Assembly: GCA_033723415.1 (NCBI GenBank)
Contig: JAWVXD010000004.1
Coordinates: forward strand, 64,001-128,000
Length of the DNA: 64,000 bases
From: Sulfurospirillaceae bacterium
GTDB lineage: Bacteria; Campylobacterota; Campylobacteria; Campylobacterales; Sulfurospirillaceae
Direction: 5' to 3'
Below the pieces are notes generated by a model. That model was not told where the DNA came from. It saw only the letters and a program-made list of their open reading frames with translations, and searched no databases. Every line of letters begins with the position of its first letter. Position 1 is the stretch's first letter. A program made the position numbers and the translations under genes. Of the stretch, positions 9,558 through 18,500 are shown one piece after another.

Positions 9558-10370
9558 ATGAAAAAAGTATTGATCTTTGTAGTTTTATTTATATTGTCGC
9601 TGAGTTTAAACGCAGATTATAAGACAGGCAAAGAGATATTTGCCAAAAAATGCGCTTCTTGTCATACAGGATATATCCCAGGTAAGATACTAGAAGAAAA
9701 TTTTTACAAAAAAAACAACAAATTGCTAAATCTTACGGCACCTACGGTCAATATGATCGCATATGCCATGAAAGACAGCCCTACGCATATAGGTGATAAA
9801 AGCGATCCTGACATGCAAAAGATCGAGATGAACTCATACCTGCAAGATTATCTTTATCATCCAAACAGAAACAACAGTATATGCGACAAAAGCTTCTTGA
9901 AATACTACGCGATCAAAAAGAGTATGAAAGGGCAAGTGAGTGAAGATGAGATAGCGCAGATCACAGACTATTTGTTTGATTATAAAAAGATGAGACTGTT
10001 AGAGCATCCAAAAGCTAAAAAGGTAGTTTCAGGTGAGCTAGACACCAAGGCTCTTTTAAAAAAAGCAAAAGACGAGAATAAGACTATCATCATAGAAGCG
10101 ATGTCTCAAACTTGCCACTTTTGTCAAACCATGAAAGCAGATGTTTTATCTAAAAAAATTGTGCAAGATGCGATAAAAAAAGACTTTATATTTGTGCAAA
10201 TAGACATAGACAAAACAAAACTGCCATTTGATCTTACCAAAAAATATCAAAAGATCACACCTTCTTTCTTTACTCTCACACCTGATGGAAAGTTCTTGAA
10301 CTCTTATCCCGGAGCTTGGAAAACTGACGATTTTTTAGAGATACTAAAAGAAAATAAAAACCTACGATAA
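9558..10370 (+). CDS. Cytochrome c / thioredoxin-like (SoxW-like) fusion
   Basis: Signal peptide; N-terminal CASCH haem site; C-terminal thioredoxin fold with CHFC and ITP cis-Pro motif. Confidence 0.8.
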   Translation: MKKVLIFVVLFILSLSLNADYKTGKEIFAKKCASCHTGYIPGKILEENFYKKNNKLLNLTAPTVNMIAYAMKDSPTHIGDKSDPDMQKIEMNSYLQDYLYHPNRNNSICDKSFLKYYAIKKSMKGQVSEDEIAQITDYLFDYKKMRLLEHPKAKKVVSGELDTKALLKKAKDENKTIIIEAMSQTCHFCQTMKADVLSKKIVQDAIKKDFIFVQIDIDKTKLPFDLTKKYQKITPSFFTLTPDGKFLNSYPGAWKTDDFLEILKENKNLR

Positions 10371-10399
10371 AGATTTGGCTGCATTAGCCGATCTTTATC
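10366..10399 (+). terminator. Stem-loop ending the sox accessory genes
   Basis: GATAAAGAT-T-TGGCT-GCATT-AGCCG-ATCTTTATC inverted repeat overlapping the stop codon. Confidence 0.55.
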
Positions 10400-10545
10400 A
10401 GCAAATATTTATAATTTTCAGATAATATTACAAAATAACTTGCATAATGCTCAAGGTTTGAGCCGACATCAGCTGCATAAAACTTCTTTCATGCAAACTC
10501 ATTGTCCCCACTTACAAAATGCAAAATACCTTCAAGGAAACCATT

Positions 10546-11634
10546 ATGGAAAGAAGAGCGTTCTTAAAAACTTCAGCATTTACGATAGGTGCAGTGTCTA
10601 TGCTGCCAAACCAACTGTTAGCAGGCGAAAAAAGCAGAAGATTCAAAGTGATCTTAGATTATGACATCAAATATGACGAAAAAAACTTTGCCGCAAAGCT
10701 TTGGAATCCGATTCCATTTGACAGTGATTACCAAAAAGTAAAGTTTTTAAAATTTAGCGGAAATTACAACGATTACAATATCAATGAAGAAAATCCATAC
10801 GATGCAAAAATGTTATACGCAAGCTGGGACAAAGGTGAAACAAAGAAAACCCTACATGTAGAGATGCAAATCGAGACGACTTACCGAAAAGTCAGCTTGA
10901 AGTTCATCAAAAAAGCAAGTCATGAGAATCTTCCGATCCCGGAAAATGTGAAGATGTACCTAGAAGCAACTGCGCATATCCCGACAACCGGCGAACTAAA
11001 AGAGTTGGCAGAGAAGATCACAAAAGGTAAAACCGACCGATTTGACAAAGTCAAAGCGATCTATGACTGGGTTACTTACACGACTTTTAGAGATCCAAAA
11101 GTATTGGGTTGCGGTGTCGGCGATGCAGGCAAGATGGTAAAAAGCGGATATTTCGGCGGCAAATGTACCGACATCAGCTCGCTTTTTGTAGCCCTACTTC
11201 GAGCTAGCGGCATCCCGGCACGTGAGGTTTTCGGCATCCGTCTTGGAAAGTCTGAGTACTCTAAAGCTCTGGGTAAATCCGATGCAAAAGGCTTTGCAAC
11301 GATCTCATCATGGCAACACTGCCGTGCGGAGTACTACATCCCGGGTGCAGGTTGGATACCGAGTGATCCGGCAGACATCACAAAACTAGAACTCGTAGAG
11401 AGACTCAAATACGATGACAAAAAAGTCAAAGAACTCACATCAAGATACCTACACTCTTGGGAGATGAACTGGGTAGGCTTCAATCACGCGCGTGACTTCG
11501 TGCTCAGTCCAAAACCGACACAATTCCCGCTCAACATGCTAGGTTACCCATACGCAGAAGCAAACGGCGATCCGCTCAACTACTACTCGCCGAAAACTTT
11601 CGCATACAAGATAACATCGCAAGAGATAAAATGA
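10546..11634 (+). CDS. Tat-exported transglutaminase-like protein
   Basis: Start refined to ATG 10546 (AAGGA SD); Tat motif RRAFLK; catalytic triad GKCTD / HCRAE / SDP. Confidence 0.88.
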   Translation: MERRAFLKTSAFTIGAVSMLPNQLLAGEKSRRFKVILDYDIKYDEKNFAAKLWNPIPFDSDYQKVKFLKFSGNYNDYNINEENPYDAKMLYASWDKGETKKTLHVEMQIETTYRKVSLKFIKKASHENLPIPENVKMYLEATAHIPTTGELKELAEKITKGKTDRFDKVKAIYDWVTYTTFRDPKVLGCGVGDAGKMVKSGYFGGKCTDISSLFVALLRASGIPAREVFGIRLGKSEYSKALGKSDAKGFATISSWQHCRAEYYIPGAGWIPSDPADITKLELVERLKYDDKKVKELTSRYLHSWEMNWVGFNHARDFVLSPKPTQFPLNMLGYPYAEANGDPLNYYSPKTFAYKITSQEIK

Positions 11635-12212
11635 CCCGATCTATAGATTGTAAGAATTTAGCCTGCCCGCTTCCGGTCATCCAAGTCAAAGAGGCTTATG
11701 AAAAGCTCACCGACGATGGCATTTTGGATGTGGAACTAAACTCTTACTCTTCTATAGAAAACGTGAAACGATTCGCTAAAAACCAAGGCGTCTTTTGCAA
11801 AGTCAAGTCAAAAACAAAAGAGATGACCGTACTGACCTTGGTCAAAGGTTACAACTGTGAGCTCGAAGATGCCAAGAAAGATCGCTCTTTTTATGCGCTC
11901 ATCATCGGCTCACTCATCTCGGCATTTTTGGCGAGCACGTGCTGTCTCGCACCGCTTTTGTTTTTGATATTTGGTGTGAGTATGGGGTCACTGTCGTTTT
12001 TGCAAGTATTTGCACCCTATCATCTCTACTTTTCGCTCTTTTCACTTCTCATCATCGCTTATCTTTGGTATGATTACTTTAAAAGAACAAAAGAGAGACT
12101 GGTCTGCGCGACACCGCTTTGTAAAAACTACAAACTGTATCTTGGCATCGGCACGCTCTTTGTGGTGGTTCTCATCACGTATCCTTACTGGGCAAATTAT
12201 ATACTGGAGTAG
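11631..12212 (+). CDS. TusA-like sulfurtransferase domain fused to a MerT-type membrane transporter
   Basis: N-terminal IDCKNLACPLP (TusA CPxP); C-terminal ASTCCLAPL MerT signature, three hydrophobic helices and a CATPLC loop. Confidence 0.85.
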   Translation: MTRSIDCKNLACPLPVIQVKEAYEKLTDDGILDVELNSYSSIENVKRFAKNQGVFCKVKSKTKEMTVLTLVKGYNCELEDAKKDRSFYALIIGSLISAFLASTCCLAPLLFLIFGVSMGSLSFLQVFAPYHLYFSLFSLLIIAYLWYDYFKRTKERLVCATPLCKNYKLYLGIGTLFVVVLITYPYWANYILE

Positions 12213-12215
12213 ATC

Positions 12216-12494
12216 ATGAAATTTTTATGGATATTTTTAACCCTTTTTACTTTTTCTTTCGCAGCGACCAAGGTAGCCGTGATCGATGTATCGGGTATGA
12301 CTTGTCCGCTTTGTACCAGTGCCGTAAAACACAGCCTAAAACACACAAAAGGCGTACAACAAGCCAAAGTCTTACTCAACACAAAACAAGCAACCGTAGT
12401 CTATGACGACGCGCTTACTTCACAAAAAGAGCTGCTAAAAGCGGTAAAAAATGCAGGCTACAGCGGAGTGATCAAATCTATAAAAGACAGGTAA
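12216..12494 (+). CDS. merP: Periplasmic heavy-metal-binding (HMA) protein, MerP-like
   Basis: Signal peptide; GMTCPLC metal-binding motif; NAGY C-terminus. Confidence 0.85.
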   Translation: MKFLWIFLTLFTFSFAATKVAVIDVSGMTCPLCTSAVKHSLKHTKGVQQAKVLLNTKQATVVYDDALTSQKELLKAVKNAGYSGVIKSIKDR

Positions 12495-12534
12495 GCTTTT
12501 TTTTACACAATTTGCGCTAAAATTCTCCACATGC

Positions 12535-12632
12535 GGGGGGTATCTGACCCTGGTGGGCAGTACGGGCTTCAAACCCGATGTCTGGGCGGTTGACCGTCTG
12601 GAGGTAGGTTCGATTCCTACACCCTCTCGCCA
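12535..12632 (+). tRNA. selC: tRNA-Sec (UCA)
   Basis: Anticodon loop CT-TCA-AA; extended D-stem CTG(A)CCC-TGGT-GGGCAG; long variable arm TCTGGGCGG-TTGA-CCGTCTGGA; T-arm GTAGG-TTCGATT-CCTAC; G discriminator followed by CCA. Confidence 0.95.
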
Positions 12633-13211
12633 GTCTTATGAAAAAAGAATTAACTTTATAATACTTTTTTTAAGTCTTTTTACTCTCATAAGATTTGTTA
12701 AAATAAACTTCAAGATATATGAGTTCTCATATTATTGTATTGTTTGTTGTGTTCAAATAAAATTAACACCCTGTTACTGATTTAATGAATAATAAGTTTA
12801 ACCATTCAAAAACTATATATTATAATTTGCAATACCAATATCTCAGCAATCTATAATATATATTAGAATAATATATGAAATGAATTATAAGAAGCTGAGA
12901 AAATTCACATCGATTTTACAATTCTTGAATCAAATTAATTTTCTTTTAGCATTATATTGGTTGCAAAAATTCAGGGCAGCTAAAAAATGATCCTAGCAAA
13001 TCCTAAAAAATATTTCCTCCTACTATTTCGAAGTCAAATCATACAAAATGAAACACAAAAAATTTCAACAATACTAATCGCTTATATGGTTATACTTATT
13101 ATATATACCAGAATGTGATGTGATATTATAATATTAAGATCAATAGAAATGAGATGAAAAATTATTTATAAACTATAAACTACAACGATATCTTGTAATA
13201 TTAGGATAAAT

Positions 13212-15566
13212 ATGAATTTTTATAACCTGAAAGCAATATTTGATAATCAGAAAGCAACACTATTGTGGGAATATAACCTTGAACTCAAAGAAGAAGATTT
13301 TGAAAATATTGAAAGTCAAATTTTTGATCCATCTAATTCAGATGAACTTACAGAGCTCATCACTACTTTATATCTTTTTTATATTGCATTGGAAAAATAT
13401 AAAGATGGAAATTTTTGGGACAATACAATTGCGAGAAATGATTCACAAGAGAGAAGAAAATTTCATCAGAGTTTTAATAAATTTTTAAATCGATATAATT
13501 TATTCGTGCCCCCTTTACAGACTCATGGGTATAAATTCGTTACTCCACTTTTAATTCACGCTGTTTTACCAAAACACTATGCTAACCAATTTTTAGGAAT
13601 ATCAAAAAAAATTTATGAAAAAGAACGCGATTTAGATTATTTACTTTTCATGCCTAAAAATGAATTAGAAACCTATTTTGAACATTCAATTGAATCAATA
13701 AAGAAATTAATTTCAAATGACACAACAATTTTAATTATTAAAGATTTAGTTTATAGAACTGTTAAAACCATTGATTATATTTATGATAAAAAAACTGAAA
13801 ATCTTTTTAATCTTCCAATATGGTTTTTTGAAAAGATTAAAATCTTTTTAAAAGATACCAGCAAAGTAATAAAATATACTAATTTATCTTTTATGCCTAA
13901 TGGCTATGTCACAACAAATTTCGATTTTAATGATGATGTGGATTTATTTTTTTTTGATGAAAAAGAAATGTTAATAACAACGAAACAAGAAAATAATATG
14001 ATATATTTTACCAAAGAACCAAAATTTTTAATAATTAACAAAAATTCTACTGAACTTATAGAGGAAATCGAAGATTATTTTTCATCTCCTTATTATAGAT
14101 GGAATGTCATCAATAAAAATTTTTATTGCTATGAATTAGAAGAAGAGCTCATTAATGAAGAATTAGGGAAATTTCAATGTAAAATATTTGAATTAAATTA
14201 TGATGAAATCACCCTTGAATCAATTAAAAAACAATTTCCAATTTATCTAAAATCAACAAATAATATAGAAACTTATTTTGATGGCATAATAATTAAAAAT
14301 TATTCTAAATTTTCTAAAATTTACTTAAATAATAATGAAATGCACGAGAATTACCTTAAGCTTAATGTAGGGTCATATGAGCTAAAAGCCATAAGTAGTT
14401 TAGGACAAATAGTAAAAAATCAAAAAATACAAATTATCCCTTTTTGCGAGATAGAAGAACTAAATAATAAAATTTGTATTGACAAAAACCAATTTGAATT
14501 CAATGACATTATTACTATCAATGGTTTTAATTTTGAATATGACAATTTAAATATATTTTTGCAAGATAAACTTCTACAAAATAAAAGTGATATTATGCTT
14601 TTTAGACAAAAAAACAATTATCAGATACAAATTCAACATAAACCAAAGTATATAAAACATTTAAAAATTAGCTATGAAGACATCAATAATAAAATTTTAG
14701 ACAAGAATAGAGTTAACAATAATAATCAAAAGATTGAAATCTCAGAAGAGATAAAAAATAATTCAAGTTTTCCAATAAAAATTTTCATAGAATATAGAAA
14801 TTTTGATAAATATAAAAAAGTTTTAATTGGAACAATATATCATATTGAATTGAAAGATACTTCATCTACTATAACTATAGAACCGGATATTAATATATTC
14901 AATGTTGTAATTCAATCAAAGTACGATATTTTTTCAAAACCTTTAAAAACAGATGATCGAATAGTTGAGTTTACGAAATTCCCAACCCCTAAATCTGGTG
15001 ATTTTAATATTATTATTTATGATAAGGATACAAATACTCAGATATTAAAAAAAATTATAACACTGAATCATATAAAATCAAATGATCCGCTAGTAAATTA
15101 TTTTGCTAATAATCAAAATTTTCGTCCTCCGAACATATCAATTAAGAATTTGAAAACGGTTATACGTCATTTAAAAAATATACATTATCACTATCTTGAT
15201 GATGAGATAATTGAAAAATTAAATTTTTTGCTGATTAAGTTATATAAAGAAAATTCAAATGATATTGATAGTTTTATTTTAGAACAAGATAATCTACTGA
15301 CTAAACTAAAATATATGATTTTATTTAATAAACAAATATCAATATCTTATCAAAAAACTTCTCTTAAAGATAATATAATATTAGCTATAAAAATAAGATT
15401 TCCAGAAGCAATTTCTTCATTGAAAAATGAATTCTTAGAAATATTTTTTAATGTTTTGCAAAAAAATAGTGAGAAGAATAGAGTTAAAATATTTGAGATT
15501 CTAGAATATCATAGTATTCAAGAAATTATAAATAAATCTATCATAAAGGAAAGAGATGAGGCTTAA
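13212..15566 (+). CDS. Large hypothetical protein, probable helicase partner (DruH-like by context)
   Basis: 784-aa ORF with AGGA SD; N-terminal YxxGNFW...FVTPLLIHAVLP block; overlaps the helicase start by 11 nt. Confidence 0.6.
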   Translation: MNFYNLKAIFDNQKATLLWEYNLELKEEDFENIESQIFDPSNSDELTELITTLYLFYIALEKYKDGNFWDNTIARNDSQERRKFHQSFNKFLNRYNLFVPPLQTHGYKFVTPLLIHAVLPKHYANQFLGISKKIYEKERDLDYLLFMPKNELETYFEHSIESIKKLISNDTTILIIKDLVYRTVKTIDYIYDKKTENLFNLPIWFFEKIKIFLKDTSKVIKYTNLSFMPNGYVTTNFDFNDDVDLFFFDEKEMLITTKQENNMIYFTKEPKFLIINKNSTELIEEIEDYFSSPYYRWNVINKNFYCYELEEELINEELGKFQCKIFELNYDEITLESIKKQFPIYLKSTNNIETYFDGIIIKNYSKFSKIYLNNNEMHENYLKLNVGSYELKAISSLGQIVKNQKIQIIPFCEIEELNNKICIDKNQFEFNDIITINGFNFEYDNLNIFLQDKLLQNKSDIMLFRQKNNYQIQIQHKPKYIKHLKISYEDINNKILDKNRVNNNNQKIEISEEIKNNSSFPIKIFIEYRNFDKYKKVLIGTIYHIELKDTSSTITIEPDINIFNVVIQSKYDIFSKPLKTDDRIVEFTKFPTPKSGDFNIIIYDKDTNTQILKKIITLNHIKSNDPLVNYFANNQNFRPPNISIKNLKTVIRHLKNIHYHYLDDEIIEKLNFLLIKLYKENSNDIDSFILEQDNLLTKLKYMILFNKQISISYQKTSLKDNIILAIKIRFPEAISSLKNEFLEIFFNVLQKNSEKNRVKIFEILEYHSIQEIINKSIIKERDEA

Positions 15567-18500
15567 CCCAATCAGCACGTACAAAAGGATAGAAGAAAAT
15601 TATAAAAACTATTTAAAAACACTTTTTTATTCCAGAAATGAGTCTATAAATAAAAAATTATCTAAAGAAATAGATGAAACAAAATTTACCAAAGGTCCAT
15701 TTGTTGAACAAACATACAAATTTGAAAAAGGTAGGTCAACTATTGAATATATAAAAAATAATATATTGCACAAAGATATAGAAAAGATATTAAAACCTTT
15801 TGAACTAAACAGTCTATATTATCATCAACAAGAAGTAATAGAAAAATCAATCATTAACAATCAAAATATTATTATTTCAACAGGAACTGGTAGTGGCAAA
15901 ACTCTTAGTTTTCTAATTCCTGTTATTAATTATATTTTAAAAAATAAAACACATGGGGTTAAAGCTATATTCTTATATCCAATGAATGCTTTAGCAAATG
16001 ATCAACTAAAAGATTTAAGAATACGATTAAAGAATTTACCAAACATAACATTTGGAAGATATACTGGGGAAACTCAATACAGTGAAAAAGATGCTATAGA
16101 AACTTATAGAAGCCAAAATATTGAAATATTGGAAAATGAGAAAAAAAGTCGAGAAGAGCTTTTGAAAAATCCTCCAGATATTTTAATTACAAATTATTCA
16201 ATGCTTGAATTTTTATTACTTCGCCCAAAAGACAATGTACTATTTAACGATAACACTTGGAAATATATAGTTTTGGATGAAATCCATACTTATGATGGAG
16301 CAAAAGGTAGTGAAATAGGGTATTTACTGAGAAGATTACAAGATAGAGTCTTTCGTGACAATAGTCCACTTTGCATTGGGGCAAGTGCAACATTGGGAGA
16401 TGAAAGAAACAATAAGCAAGTTGCACAATTTGCACAAGATATTTTTGGAGTGATTTTTGAGAAAAACGCAATTATTAGAGCAAAATATAAAGAACAAAAA
16501 ATTTTAAACAATAGCCTGTGGAAATTAAATTTCAAACCAAGCGAACTTTTAAAAGACATTGAAGATAATCCATCAATAGCTGTTTTACAAAAATATAAAA
16601 AAGGTTTTCAACCAAGTAGTGATAATTTTAAAGAAACGCTATATCAATTATTAGAAAATAATTATGAAGTAAATAGAATAAAAAAATTGCTTTTAAAAAC
16701 ACCTCTTACAATTCAAGAATTGTCAAAAGAATTAGAATTTGATGATGAAAATGAATTGGCCTCATTAATTGAATTGTCTTTTAAAGCAAGAAAGGCTGAT
16801 GAAGAATTGCTTTACGCAAAATATCACTTTTTTATCAAGGCTTCAGATGGATTATATGCAATATTAAATGACAATGGAGATGTTAGTGAAATATTCTTTG
16901 ATAAAAAGATAACCTACAAGAATAGAAAAGTTTTTGAGTTGTCTGCATGCGCTAATTGTGGTGAAATATTTTTAACTGGAATGAAAAATAAAAAAGATTT
17001 TTTAGAAATAGATGCTGGTGATGATAGCGATATACTAAGGTTGAACTCAAACAAAAGGATTTATTTGTCAAATTTACTAGAACTAAATATTGATGAAGAT
17101 GAAGACGAGAATACAAAAAAGCATGAGCTAAGATACCTAGATATAAGAAGTGGAGAAATATCAAAAGAAAAAAAGGATGGTTTTTTAAAGTTTTTAGAAA
17201 TCAAAACACGCGATGATAAAGATTCAATAGAACTTTGTCCAAATTGTGGGAAATATGCTAAGAAGAATTTTCCTGCGATTAATTATAGATTTGTAACTGG
17301 AGATGAGATTCCACAAAGTGTCATTTTACTTCCACTATATAATTCATTATCTTTTAAAAATAAAAAAAAAGTATTAGTATTCTCAGATAGTAGAAAAGAT
17401 GCTGCTTTCTTCGCGCCATTTTTTGAACGTATTTATAATGATGCAATAAATCGAAAAAAATTGCTTTATATTTTAACAAAAGAAAATAGAGGAATAGGAT
17501 ATGATGAAGTTATTGAAAACTATCTTTTTAATCAATTTAAAGATAAAAAGAAACATGATTATGTAAATTTATTGATTAATGAATTTTCTCTAAAAGATAA
17601 TAAATCATTGGAAAACATTGGCTTAGTTAAATTTACATTAGAAGAACAAATTGAACAAGAAATTTTGAAGAGACTTAATTTTCTATGTGAATATCTCCTA
17701 ACAAAAAATGATATTAAAGCTTTGCTATATATTCTTCTTTCGACAATGAGAGCATCTTTTGCAATAGATGCCGAAGCAAGTATTGCAGATGCTTTAGATT
17801 TACCATTTAAAAATAATGCACCAAGTTTTAAAAAAAGAGTTGATCAGCCATCTATAGGCTGGGTAGGAAACAATAAAAGAGTAAAATTTTTAGAAAAGTT
17901 ATTAAATATATCTGATAAAAAGTCTAAAGAAATTATGGAAAAGATTTGGGACAGTTTAACATCTACTAATATTTTTAGTAACGATGAAGGAGCAAAACGA
18001 TTAAAAATAAAAAATTGGAATATTAGTTTGAATAAAAAGATCTACAGATGTAATAAATGTGGAAAAATTCATATCTGGAGTGCTAAAAAACAATGTAAAG
18101 TTTTTGGCTGTAGTGGACTATTGAACGAGATAACTATAAATGATATTGAAGATGCTAAATATTATATCAATCTATATCAAAATTTTATAGATAGTAAACA
18201 TTTGAAGTTAGAATCAGTTATGTGCATAGAAGAACATACAGCACAATTAGGTAGAGAGAATGCCCAAAAAGTTCAATTAGCTTTTGAAAATGGCGATGTA
18301 AATATATTGAGTTGTTCAACAACATTTGAGCTTGGAGTAGATATAGGCTCATTAGAGTGTGTGTTCCTACATAATGTGCCGCCAAATCCTAGTAACTATA
18401 TTCAAAGAGCTGGAAGGGCTGGTAGAAGTGGTGATTCAACAGCTTTTATTGCAACATTTTCCAACCGAAGAGCTCATGACATAAAATATTTTGAGAATCC

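Noticed and set aside
11631..12494. Mercury-resistance (mer) operon or transposon
   Set aside because: No merA, merR, transposase or terminal inverted repeats in the window.
12553..12780. 75-aa ORF from the track
   Set aside because: It overlaps tRNA-Sec and runs into AT-rich non-coding sequence; spurious.
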